A DNA stretch of 64,000 bases from NCBI GenBank assembly GCA_965202585.1, contig OZ241831.1, positions 14,632,001 through 14,696,000 on the forward strand. Reading direction: 5' to 3'. The stretch's first letter is position 1. Every line of letters starts with the position of its first letter. Position numbers and translations under genes: made by a program. Below, one piece after another: positions 25,223 to 38,137 of this stretch. Below the pieces are notes generated by a model. It saw only the letters and a program-made list of their open reading frames with translations, was not told the DNA's origin and did not search any database. Source of the stretch: Thalia democratica (Eukaryota).

Positions 25223-25619
25223 CAGGGTTGCCACTCGTTTTTTAAAAATTTTTCCAGGTTTTCCAAATTTCTTACAGGTTTTTAAAACTACACATATTTA
25301 TGGGTCTAATTTTAGTTTAAAGTTAAGTTTAAGGTAAGAAATTGTGTTAAATAGTATAAAAACACTGAAAGATGCTGTAAAGCTACTTTAAGTATGTTTT
25401 TTTAATAAAAAAATGTTTGATGATGACAAAAATTTTTTATTTATATGATAGATTTTTTGAGTTATATCGGAATTTTACTACTGAACATATGAAAGTTGTT
25501 AAAGATTTTTCCAGGTTATTTTAGTGATTTTTATTCAATTCCAGGTTTTTCAAGATTTTTTTTGGCTAAATTGTCAAATTCCAGGTTTTTCCAGGATTCC
25601 AGGTAAAGTGGTAACCCTG
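25223..25619 (+). mobile_element. Second copy of the CAGGGTTGCCAC MITE
   Basis: CAGGGTTGCCAC ... GTGGTAACCCTG, colinear with 23640..24026 throughout. Confidence 0.85.
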
Positions 25620-25899
25620 AAATGCTGAAAAGGTTTTAACTAAGTTGTACTTGTTCAATTTGCAGATATGTTGCAGTACATATTAACTTTTGATTAAAAC
25701 TTTAAAACAGAAGTTTAAAAAAAAAAGAAACTATAAGGAACAATAAATAATATAATAAAAAACTAATTAACTAATGTTTAATAAACTTGGACGTAGGTTA
25801 AGTAGATATTAACTATTGGTTAAAACTTTAAAACAAAAAAACGTTATAAGTTTGAAACAAGTACTAAAAAACCATAGGAATGATAACTCAGTAGACAAT

Positions 25900-28800
25900 A
25901 TAAGGTATGGATGTTAGTACACTTAACTTATTGGTACTACTTACCATAATCCTATACTACTTTATTTAACTACTATATAATAACTACTAGATTCTATTTG
26001 AAACTATTTTATATAAATCAGACAAGACAGTTTAGGACTTTAGGTGATGTATATATTGTATAATAAAACCACAGAACACTATTAATTCCACTATTTCAAA
26101 AGTATAAGTAACTTTATAAGTAACTTTGAATATATAAAACTTTTTAAAAATCTAAGCTCAAGTACTTTAAAACCTTAAATAGTGTGAAATATATTCTAAA
26201 CTCTAACTTGAGAGATTCTAAAACAATTAAGTTTTGTTAAATATAAACTCTAAACACTTAAATAATCCACATACAAAATAAATAACATGCAGTTCTAAAA
26301 AAGGTCTAACAATAAATCTTAGCAATATCTCAATACAAGTTCTATACTACTATATTACAAGTACAGTAACCTCTCGCTTATTTACGCACATTGTGTCCAC
26401 AGAAAAAGTGCGTAAAGATATGAGAGATCGTAAAGATACGAGAGGTACCAAATATAGTTACTATAATGGCTGTTTTTTGATATTTCTTCTAAATAAAAGC
26501 AAACTGTAGACTTTCCCACTTTTAACAATCTGTTTACTTTCTTTATGAATATGAAAAAAAGATAAAACAATACACATATTAAAAAAAAGGATTTAAAATT
26601 AAATTAACAAAAATAACAGTACTTGTAAAAATTTTTTACTAATATTAACAACAAGTAGATTTTATCTTTATTCATATGTGACTTATTTGATACTTAACAT
26701 TTATATTCTATTGTACTATACTTAACATTTATATTCTATTGTACTTAGCAAATTAAATTTATAATTAAGCATTTCTTTACATTTAAGAAATGGTGTGATG
26801 TCTATATTAAAATTTGTTTCTATAGTCTTTTACAAAAACATGCACTTGGTACTGTAATGGATTTCTTCTTTTGAACAAAAATATATAAGATATAAGAAAA
26901 ATGTTAAATAAAAATTGTTTATGTTACTACAACTTTTTTTAATTTGACCTTTGCCCACATAAGGATAAACTTAAATTTAATCTTTTATTATTAACAAAAT
27001 TTCTTATATACTGAATTATAACTAAATGTTTATTAATTAGTCAAGGAACATAAGTTTACAAATTCTAAAGATATAGAGAGATGAGTTAGCATTTGAAAAC
27101 ATATTATTAATTAAAAACATACAATAAACCTAATTTATGCAATATTAAAAAAATTAAAAATTTTATTACTTGAATATTTTAGAATTCTAAAATGCGTAAC
27201 TAAACGAGAGTGCGTAACGTCACGAGTGCGTAAAGATGCGAGAGGTTACTGTAACTCTCTTTTATATGTTTTTAGTGCAATCACCTCAGGATTACACGCT
27301 TCATTGTTTTGTAAAACTCAACATTCAGTATTTAACAATTAACACTCAAACGATGGAAGAGTATATGAAAAATGCAGCCCATTACAACAAAAACTTTTAG
27401 ACAACTTCAAAAATAAAATTATTTAATTCTCAAAATTTAAATAACAACAAAATCTATAAATGTCACTATGATGTACTTAATGATTTTAGCGGTAGTGTTA
27501 GTCAAGTATCTTTAACTTAAATTCAAATTTAAAGTAAGTTATATAATGTAACTATTTTGATTTGGTGATCTTGATCTTTGAGTTGCAGTGACTTGATCAG
27601 TTTTTAGTAAACTATAAGAATAAAAACTTTTAAAATAAATAAAAAAAGTATCATGCTTAAAAACGCGCTGGAATCTACTTTAATACAACTCAATTTTTAA
27701 TTCCTATACATTAACATTAAATAGTTTGCTTCACATAAGTTTATTTTCCATAAGTAAGCAAGCAAAATTCAACTATAAAAACTTTGTTACTAGTAAATTT
27801 CAGTATCTAGTTCAAAACTAGAAACTGCACACTTTTAATTAGTATATTAATATCTTATTAGTGCACAAACTTAATTTATATACTTTTACTAAACTAGCAT
27901 TTTCAATTAAAAGTCCTATGCAACTTAGTTAATGGTTTCTTTTATAAACAGGCTCTCATGAAATATAAACTTCTTATGACATTATACAAAAATAATTTAA
28001 AATAGGTTTTAGCTGTTTCCAAGGAGTAACTATTAAATAGAGTTAAAAAAGCTTGAACACATTTTTATAAACTTTAATACTCTTGTAACATATCTCAACT
28101 ATTAACAAAGCAATACAAATTAAAGATTTTATATGCTAACAAAATAACATCCTAAGTTTTTTTTATTAAAACTGAATATTTTCTACCAAAATAAAGTTGG
28201 TAACTCATAATCAAAAGTTTTACACACAATTAAAAATAATTAACCAGTTTTGTTAAAGTCTAAAAATAAATTACACTTTCTTATTTTAAATATAAGCAGA
28301 TTATTACTTTTTGAGTCCTACCTGTTAGATAAAGCGACCAAAACTTAGTTCAAATCTGTGTAATTTTGCTAGATTATTTAATGTTTTTAAATTGCAGTTG
28401 TGAACTTTAAAAAACCTAATATTTCAGGGCCGTTTTAGTACTACTCTTTTACATATAAAGAGAATTATAAGTTTTGCAGCATTAACAACTTATTAAAAAA
28501 AACTATTACCATTCAATTGGGTAATTTCACCAATTTTAAATATTTAAACGTTAAAAGCAAAAATGAGCTTAAAAAATCATTACTTTTTATTTTTATAGAA
28601 TATGTAAGTTACAAAACTAAGTATTTAATAAAAACTAATTTTGTTGCAGAAAAAAATGTATGTGTGAATGTTCTAGATGCATTGTTTCAGATTTCCTACA
28701 AGCAAATCGCCAAAATTTATTCGAGCATGGCAATTTTTTTATTTCTAAAACTTTGGCAATTCTGATTAGATGCACACAGCAAAAATTCCTCTAGCAATAA

Positions 28801-30760
28801 ACAAGAAACTAAATAACTGTTTTCATATAACGGACGAGGAGGCGTTACCAGAAAATATAAAATGCCATTTTTTTAACCAATAAAAGAAAAGAAAATTTGC
28901 ATTCTTTATAACTTGTTGCCTCTCAAGACACAATCTTTTTTCCGCTCCTTTACCCCCACTAACTCGCTCAATTCAAACTGAAGTTTACTCTTGTACATTG
29001 TTTATCTTTCATAACAATGTTTTCCTAAACAACTTTTTAAAACGTGCCAAACAGTAACTACAATGATACTTGTTAAAATGTCCGAATTTCTTTTTGTGCA
29101 CCAGGTCAAAAACCAAACATTTTGAGAACTTTTCTCTGTCGTTCAAAATAAACTACATATATACTACTTAAACACAAATGGTATTTATTGGATGAATTAA
29201 GCACAATTGTTTACATAAAAAACTAATTAAGTAGTTAATAAAATTTACTTGAAATAACTGTGTTATTTAGTGTTTTAAATCTTTCAAAACATAACTATCT
29301 GTTATTACTTTTTATTGAACGTCAAAAAAAAAAATCTTAAAAAGTATGGTCTAAGAACCAGGTGTGCGAAAAAACCTTTCGGTTAAAGAGTCATATAACC
29401 CACAGAAACATAAACTTAGGACCAATTTCAGAAATTTAGGGGGACATAATCTTTAAAGGAGCAAAAGAAGGGGGTGTTACTAGTAAAGCGGACATATGCT
29501 CATTATTTTAAACTTGCACTAGATATTCTGAAGTCGATGATGAAGAGTAGAAAAAGGTCTTAGGAGTATTTAAAATTAGTTGTTTGAGAAATTTCATAAG
29601 AGGGACCAATTCTTTTTAAATTTCTTTAAGGGGCTCTCTTTTTGTCAGTTAACTAATTATTTCTATAACCAAAAAAATTATTTTGCTACAGCTATCTTAC
29701 TGAAGTTTAGAATAATTAAATTTTCCAAACTTCACAATAACCAAATACTTACAAATATTGATACTATTGGTTACTTTTTAGTAGTCAATTTTTTTTTGAA
29801 GTTAAAAACTAAAACAATTTTAATTTATCAATTGTTGCACTTAATTTGTCAAAACGGTACGTTTAATATGTAAGAGTTTTTTTCATCTTAATATAAAAAC
29901 GTTAGTTATTATATTTAAAAAGTATTTTTTTAATTTTTTGCTTATAAGCTCTGAAAAGTTATTAAAGCTAATAAAGATATTGTTCAAATAATTAACATCC
30001 CTAGTTTTTTTAAATTTTCAACAAGTTAAATATGTAATATTATAGTTTTATAAGGATAAATATATCTTGAATTTATAATTTGATTTTTGTCTAACTGAAT
30101 TGTTTACAAACTAGCAAAAATGTTGGCTAGTATTTCTAAATATGTGCACTTAAATTTATGTTGAGCACAACTTTGTATAAAAATGATACTGGGAGGAAAT
30201 CATTTTAATGATTAAAACTGTAAGTCGTGGATGTTGGTTTTTTTGATTTATTGGTACTACTCATTATAACTAAATTCTACCTTATTTACCTATTACCTAA
30301 TAACTACTGTATGTTATTTTAGTCTACTTTATGTAAACCAGACAAGACAGTTTCAACAATGTATCTCTTATATAAAGAACCACAAAAAAATATTATAAAA
30401 ACACTATTTCAAAAATATAAAAAATATTAAAAGTTTAAGTAAATTAAAAACTATAAATAGTGTGACAACTATATAAAATATTTAAACAACTCTAAAACAA
30501 TTAAATATTGTTTAAATAGTACATCTTTTACTTGAACCATAAAAATACACTAGTACATTTTCCTGTAATTTTTACTCAATAATAAAGATCTAATTCTCTG
30601 TCTCTATAACTTAACCAGCAACTCTATCTCATAATAACGATAAGATTTCCTGAGATACTTACGTTCTGGTTAACTGATTTTGTGACACTCAAAATGAACA
30701 TTCAAACAATGGAAGAGCATATGAACGATGTTTTCCATTACATAACAATTACCTAATTAG
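25900..30760. repeat. Diverged local duplication: ~25900..26330 plus 27290..27400 (split by the pogo-like element) vs ~30220..30760
   Basis: Shared blocks TTATTGGTACTACT, CAGACAAGACAGTTT, CACTATTTCAAAA and CAAAC(G/A)ATGGAAGAG(T/C)ATATGAA occur in the same order. Confidence 0.6.
26364..27251. mobile_element. Tc1/mariner (pogo/Tigger-like) non-autonomous element, 888 bp
   Basis: TA|CAGTAACCTCTCGC...GCGAGAGGTTACTG|TA: ~26-bp imperfect TIR, TA TSD, and subterminal GTGCGTAA repeats. An internal VGKSTV (ORF 26382..26570) resembles a CENP-B/pogo HTH. Confidence 0.8.
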
Positions 30761-32676
30761 TTTGCTATGAATACGTAAGAAAAAACATTTTTTTGATTCT
30801 ACAAAAAAAAATCTTGACACATTTAACCTTTATACTACAATAAATAAAACAAAACACGCATAAATTCTATAATATAACTACTATAAAAACGTTTTTGAGC
30901 TCTATTGTTTTTAAACAATACTACTGTTTTACTTGTGAACCAATATTTTTTCTGACCCAGTAATTTTTTGAAATAAAAATTTTAATCACAAGAAAAAGTC
31001 TACTGATTATATTTTATTATGAAGTTTTAAAAATACTTTTTATTAGTTTAAAACTGATAAAATTATTAAAATTAAGCTCGTTGAAAACAAAAAACTGCTT
31101 TTTAAATAACAATTTGCTGTATTACTTTATCGATACTAACCTTTATCTAATTCAAATATTTCATAAATTCATTTTTACCTTCGATATGGTCAACTTTCGA
31201 TAGATTTTTTTAGTAAATTTCAAATTATTTACTTTTAAAGAGTTTAATCTAGTTGTTATAAAATAAATACAAGGATATTTACAACATTTTTAGTACATTA
31301 CAAATTTTGTAGTTTCATTGATCAATGTACCAATCTATTGACAAACTATAATCATACTTTATAAAAATATTTTTAATTTACAAATTCATTGTAAATTTTT
31401 ATATGAATTTTGCTGACACTAATAAACCATAATATTCACTTAAAATATTATTTTTGAATTCTGTTTTTTAAGTCAAACGAAAACTTTTCACACAAAACAT
31501 AAAGTTATATATGACTGAATAAACTTTTGTTTAGATTTGAAGTAATACTAAAAAAGTTTTGTTTGTTAATTTCTTTTTTTTTATGGAAAAAATTTGGAAT
31601 TTTTTTTTTATTCTATTACCTAAAAGATAACTATACTTTACAATTAACGTGTAAATCAATAAAGTCTCTCTTGTAATAATATAGGGAACGTTAACTAAAG
31701 TTCAAAACACTTTATATAAACAAGTACTAGTACTTGAAAATTTAGTTTACTTAAAAACTGTAGTGTAACATAAACGAGTATAATGTTTTATTGTTGTAGA
31801 TCACTGACTGAACTATATACATGTAATAGTTAATTAAATATTTCCATCAATACAAAAAAGTAATCGATCTGTTGTTTATTTGTATTTTAATATACATATA
31901 CAAAAGTATTAACTAATGTTTTGTATTCTTCTGCTTAATTTTTTTAACAAAAGGACACCTAAAATCAAATAACTTATAAATCACTTTGTAAGAATAGTAT
32001 AATCTTTGATAACATTCTACTGATAATTATATTCAGAGTAGTTTTAACAACAAAAAAAAGCAATTTTCTTCTATTTTAAAACTGTTACTTCGATGTTTTA
32101 CATGACATAAAAACAAGTAAGTTGTTATATTCTTACAGTATAAGAATGTTAATATTTAAAAGCTAATTAAAAAGCTTAAAACAATTTTCAAAGTTCTAAA
32201 ATTTATTTACACTTAAACCAGTGTTAAATCGAAAATTTTCAAGAGTAATGTAGTACTAATTTTATTCGTTAAGTATATTTTAGAACATATTTAATACTAA
32301 GTTGCAATTTGGCTTAATTAAGTATAAACTAATAAAAGTAATAGTAAGATTTTGTGTACATAAAAGTTTAAAAGTCTAAATAGTATATTTAAAATATACG
32401 ATAGTAGTTTGTAGTGGTTAAACAAGAAAAAGTTAAACAAGAAAAAGTTCTAATATGTATGTTTTTGTAAACATATGCATGTACTTAACTATGTTGTTAA
32501 TTAGTTTTTATAAACAGCTAAATTAATCAATATTTAAGTATTGTAGTTATTAGTTACATGCATAAATGTTAAATTTTTCAAATGTTAAAATTGGTAATAC
32601 TTGTCATAATAATTTTTCATGATAAAAGTGTTTTATAAAAGATACTAAAGCTAAAAAAAACATTTTTCGTTAAAAG

Positions 32677-34414
32677 TTAAATATTTAGTTTTTGTATTTT
32701 TAACATTTTAAACAAACATTCTCTAAAGCTTTTATTTCTCCAAACATAAATTAAAAAGTTCCAAATAGTTCCACAAATAAAAAGTATTTGACTGATGTAA
32801 AAAAACATGAAAAACAACAAGTAATTTTCATAGTTCCGGCCAAAAACTGAGTAACCATGAGTTTGAGCAGTAAAATAACATACAAATAACGGCGTGACCA
32901 TAAGAAGAAAAGAAAGTACTACAAACATTAAGTTTTTAGCCAACTTTACCTCAGTTTTAAATACTTTTTTGTGGTGTGCATCAAAACGCATTGTTTTTGT
33001 TTTCAAGTTGTTCGATCTCAACACTAAGGCCGTCATAAAACTTAAAACTATAACTAAAATAGTTTTAATTATCATATTGTAAAAAACGTTCACATACATA
33101 TCAGTATGTGCAGTCACAGCCAAAGACGCAAAAAAATAATAATAATAGCAATTCCGTTTACAATTAAAACCGTAAAACATCGCAACAGAAAAGCTCACCA
33201 ACCAGATTAAAACACAAATGCACTTTGATGCTTTTTTCATGTCATCCGACCTGTAAAACAGAGGGCACACGACAACTGTTAGACGGTCGGCGCAAGCAAA
33301 CACAAACGAGTAGCTTGTCACGGAGCCGGTGAAGTAACTCAACATGGTGAAAGATTTGTCGAATGCACTGGAGCTGTGCCTCGTCCAAGCTTGTTGGTCG
33401 TCTCTGCTTGCCAGCAAGCTGTGTTTTGAGTGGCGCGCGTAAAACCACATGTTGCCGATCATCGACGGTAAAATTGCGGTTGATACTATTACGTCACTGG
33501 CAGCCATTGATACTCTGTAGCACAACTGGCTGTTGCGCAGTTGTTTGTGACGTAATATTACGGTGATCACGAGCAAGTTGAACGCGAGGATTGACGCTGA
33601 CAATAGCGTTAAAACAATGGTCGTTGTCATCAAGTAGTTGTAGCACCTTTAAATAAAAGTATATGTTTAAGAACATTTTTAATTTAGTTGAAAAAATTGC
33701 TATTTAGTAACGACGTTTAACAGTTAAACTAATATTATACACTTACCCAATATTTTTTTTTATGTAAACAGATAAAACTAGTACTTAATAACTGCATTGT
33801 AACCAAAATAGCTACACATACACTTTTTATAATATTAAAATACAACTGTAATAAGAAACATTAGTTTACAAGTTATAAGTATGAATATCATAAAATGCTT
33901 TAAACGTTTAAACATACGTGTTTCTTGCGTCAAAAAGCATAGAATCGTTCAAATAGAACGGAAAGTTCGAAGCGAAGTAAGCATAATGCATCGAGCAAAA
34001 AGGTAAGTCATATTGAGCAAGATGAACATTAGAAAACTCAACCGTACTTCTACAACTTTCCTCGTCATATATTTTCTTTTGTCTTTGATAGTAGTTTTCA
34101 ATGCACTTTGTTGTTTGATTTTCTTGTTTGCTTACCCACAACACAATATCTTTAGCTTCTAACCCACACTGTTCTTTTATAAAAACTTTACAGCTAGGCC
34201 GTTTTTCTGGCTTGTTTAAATGAACATACTCGGAATAAACTAGTTCAGAATACATGCTCCAGTAACATGAAGGCTTGGTGAAAGGAAAAGTCTTTGGTTT
34301 TTTGTTAAATACATCTCTCTCATCACATAACTTGTAGTCAGTATAATTAGTATAGTCAGTGAAGTTTGTGGAAGTGATAATACTCGTAGCCAGCATTGTA
34401 GTTAATAGCATCAT
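32677..34414 (-). CDS. Class A (rhodopsin-like) GPCR with signal peptide and Cys-rich N-terminal ectodomain, ~488 aa, 2 exons: 34414-33918 and 33646-32677
   Basis: ORF 32677..33633 has 7 hydrophobic segments, TM2 SMAASD, ADRL (DRY-like) and WNFLIY (NPxxY-like). ORF 33908..34438 has a phase-2 donor AC|GTATGT matching the phase-2 acceptor TTTTATTTAAAG|G, giving an in-frame fusion ...ARN-T-CYNYLMTTT.... The 7TM part is more certain than the splice. Confidence 0.8.
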
Positions 34415-34891
34415 TGTGAATATGAACCTTTTTCTCAAAATAGCAGTAAATATTTGTTACCGGATAGTTGACTAATTATTAAAAACAAACATTTAGAACA
34501 TTTTTTATTGATATATTTTTCTTGTAATAATATATAAAACCAATTGATTCAAAAAACAAACATTTCAAACAGTTTTTAATGCACAGCGCACTCTAGTAAA
34601 TAAAGTTTTTCTAGTGTTTTCAAACACTTAAACTTGAATTTTTCTACAAAAAAGATGACTTTTTTAAATTATTAGTTCTAAAAATAATAGTGTTTTTGTA
34701 ACTGTCAGTTTTTACAATAATGTTGTACTAAAAAATTGCAAATGTAAAATGCTGATGGATGTTGGTTACAAACTAATGTAACATTTTACTGTTAAAAAAG
34801 CATAAGCGAAAGTATATCAAGCTAGAGTTTGGAATTTCATATGCCGTGAGACAAGCTCAAGCTAACATAAAGTTTTGACCATACCACTTCG

Positions 34892-34983
34892 ATCATCAGG
34901 CTACAAGCCTTCGGTAGACTGAGACACGGGTTTAAATTTGAAAAACCGGGTCTCAGCCTATCGAACGCTTGTAGCCTGATGAT
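34892..34983. other. 92-nt near-perfect palindrome/hairpin
   Basis: ATCATCAGGCTACAAGC (34892-34908) pairs perfectly with 34967-34983. Inner stems TTCGGTAG/CTATCGAA and CTGAGAC/GTCTCAG continue it. Confidence 0.85.
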
Positions 34984-35250
34984 AAGGTCTAAACTATAAA
35001 CCTCGTTTGTAAAAAACAATTAAAACAAATTTCCACTGAAAAAATTTGAAAGCGTTTATACAGAAATTTTTGTTATACAAAATTTTGCACTGTTTCTTGA
35101 AAAAGATTAGGTCATTTTATAATGAAAACATTTTTACAGTACGCTAACCGAAGAAGTTTAAAAACCGTTTTTTTTATTCTCATAAACAAAAAACTTTGCA
35201 TGATACTAAATATAACTTAATAGCAAATAATATTTTTTTGTTAGTAGATA

Positions 35251-35668
35251 AAGCTTCTCCGCTTGTAATTCTCACTTGAAGAGAGCACTTACCAGCGGCG
35301 TGACCAAAGGTTATTTTCTCCAAACTACTGGAAAAGGCGCTTCTGGCTCGTTCAAGCTTGCTCCAATGCCAGCTGCTGGTCCCAAGAAGAGGACAAAAAA
35401 AGTAGCTAAAAATCCAGCAATAAAGAAAGCTGTAGCTAAGAATCGAGTAAAGAAGTGTGCTCCCAAGAAGGCAGCGAAAAAACCAGCAGCCAAAAAGCGA
35501 CCTGCTAAAAAGTGCGCTCCTAAGAAGGCAGCATCTAAAAATGCTGCAAGCAAGAAGAAGAAAGTAACCAAGAAGAAGCCGGTAGCCAAAAAAGCATCTA
35601 AGAAGGCAAGTACCAAGAAGAGCTGCAAAAAATAAGTTGTTCTTTTACCCAAGATCCTTTTCAGGACC
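35251..35668 (+). pseudogene. Inverted 3' half of histone H1 with a mutated stem-loop
   Basis: Begins mid-globular domain (NSHLKRALTSG...) with no ATG and ends at TAA 35633-35635. The stem-loop GATCCT-TTTC-AGGACC (35653..35668) has one mismatch. Orientation is opposite to the array. Confidence 0.9.
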
Positions 35669-35777
35669 ACTCAATTAAAATACAAGCAAAATTTAGAATG
35701 CTTTAACAATAATAAAAATATGCAAGTTAGTCAATAAAATACAGTGGAATCGCTTGCGTCCGTGTCTCCGTAAATAG

Positions 35778-36038
<261 letters not shown>

Positions 36039-36269
36039 GTAAAGAGTTGGTATAAAGTGTGGACAATGAAAGAGTTCGTATTAGTAAAGTTCTATGGCAT
36101 TCCCTGTTTTTGCGATGTGGATTACAGTTAATTCATTTTAATTCTCGAATATTATACTGTTGTTATTTGTTTTTTATTATGATGGTATTTATACTTATGA
36201 GAGACCTTAAACTTTCTACCTCTTCCTAATTATTTAATTTCGTATAAAGCCATTAGTATTATTTTATTA

Positions 36270-36930
36270 CTCTTTATATTAATACTATTTATACTATTGT
36301 TAATGTTACTATTATTATAATAATATGTTGTTATCAATATTTTTATTTTTATTATCATTGCTATTATTAATACAATTGTTAATGTTATTATGATTGTTAT
36401 TATAATTACTGTTATTATTATTTACATTTATACTTTTATTTTAGTATGATTACTGATATTATTACTCCTATTATGATTACTACTGTTATTACTTTTAAAG
36501 TTCTTACTAATATTTTTATCATTAAAACTGTTATTAACTATTACTAGAATAGTTATTGATACTATTATTTTGTTATTAATATTGTTTCTATTCTGATTAT
36601 AATTAATATTTTATTGTAATTAATAATTTAACATTATAAAACTTGGAATAGGAACTCTTCTGTATTTGTAAATATTAACAATACCAACCAAACATGAAAA
36701 TAAAAACAGTAATAATAATAATAAAAACAATACAACAAAAAAATAAGAGTATAAATAAAAAAATAGTAGTTATACTAATAAAAAAGTTGTAATATTAATA
36801 AAACTGATAATAATAATAAAAATATTAATAGTTTTAAAAACAACATAACTAAAAAAAATTAATTAAAACTGTAATAATAAAAACAACACAACAAAAAATT
36901 AACACAAATAATAACAATAATAGTTATACT
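36270..36930. repeat. Low-complexity T-rich (TAT/TGT) block followed by an A-rich (AAT/AAC) block
   Basis: Visible compositional strand switch at about 36650. Confidence 0.7.
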
Positions 36931-37460
36931 GTTTTTTTTTTCTTTATTGAACGACAAAAAAAAGCGCTCCAAATATTTGATCCTAGGACCTGGTGCACGA
37001 AAAACCCTTTCAGTTATCGAGTCGCACACCACGGATACCTTTCAACATCATTTCCAGGACACACAACAAAATAATATTATTATTAATAAAACTAAAAATA
37101 ATAATAATAACAATAGTATGAACGACCAAAATATAAATTTTAAGCGTTTGTTAACAATAGATCCTAGCGAAACAAGTTATCTGTAATATATGATAATAAA
37201 AACATGAATAACATTAATATTAGCAATAATAATGACAATAGTTCTAAAGACCTAGAAAAACAGTCTAAATGGTACTGCACACCTCTAAAATTAATGAGAT
37301 AGACTAGATATCAATTAAAGTATATTATTACTCACATGGCTTAGTTTTCTTTAGCTGCAAACTTAAAATTGTAAGAGAGCTCTAAACAAAAGAAACACTT
37401 GAGCAAATAAGCTACAAGTTTCAGACAGCTTATTGGTTTAGCTATTTATCATTTTCAAAC

Positions 37461-37584
37461 GCCTACAACCATACCACACTGAACACACCCCATCTCGTCC
37501 GATTTGGGAAGTTAAAAAAGTGTCGGGCGCGGTAAAGAACTTAGATGGGTGACCGCTTGGGAATACCGCGTGCCGTAGGCTTTT
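37461..37584 (+). rRNA. 5S rRNA-like edge copy (probable pseudogene)
   Basis: GCCTACAACC...GTAGGC-TTTT, 120 nt to the final C. Helix V is intact (GCGCGG/CCGCGT) but loop E is altered (TAAAGAA), and helix I has extra mismatches. Confidence 0.85.
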
Positions 37585-37873
37585 ATTTTCAAGCTCTTGT
37601 TTGTTGATTAATTCTTCATACTTATTATAAAAGTTTCTAGTTTATCTTGAACATTTTTCAATAATAAATGACACACTAACTAGACTGTCATTTAGTTGTA
37701 GACTTATTTTGTCTGTTGCTTACGTTTTGCTATTTATACAAAAGCCATAACTTTATTTTTTATAAGCGTTTCATTCTGCTCTACACTTTTAACAAATACA
37801 ACTTGAAAAAAACAGTTACAGTAGTTTTTAGTCATCAAACCTTAAATCTGTCAAAATCAAAAAAGTCAAAATC

Positions 37874-38137
37874 TCATACACAGTCTTCAATAGAGTTAAG
37901 TGCTTTCTTCAAGAGAGAATTAGAAGCTGAGAGGTCAAGCTTGTAGGTGTCCGCGATATACTTTTGTATCTTCTGGCGGGATGTACCTTTTCGTTCTTTC
38001 ATTGCTCCCAGGGCAGAGTTAATCATCTCCCTGTAAGTCGGGTGTTCTGCCTTCTTGGCGCTTGGTCTCTTGGAAGACCTGGTCTTGGCTGCGGCCGCCG
38101 CTGCTACTGCTGGCGCTGCTACTGCTGTGGTAGACAT
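37874..38137 (-). pseudogene. 5' half of histone H1 fused to spacer (87-aa ORF)
   Basis: H1 homology runs from ATG 38137 to ~37897 (SNSLLKKAL), then reads into 5S-downstream spacer sequence to a stop. Confidence 0.9.

Noticed and set aside
34877-34887. GACCATACCAC matches the 5' part of 5S rRNA just before the large hairpin (possible 5S-derived SINE).
   Set aside because: It is an 11-nt match only, with no box A/C or further 5S similarity, and is compatible with chance.
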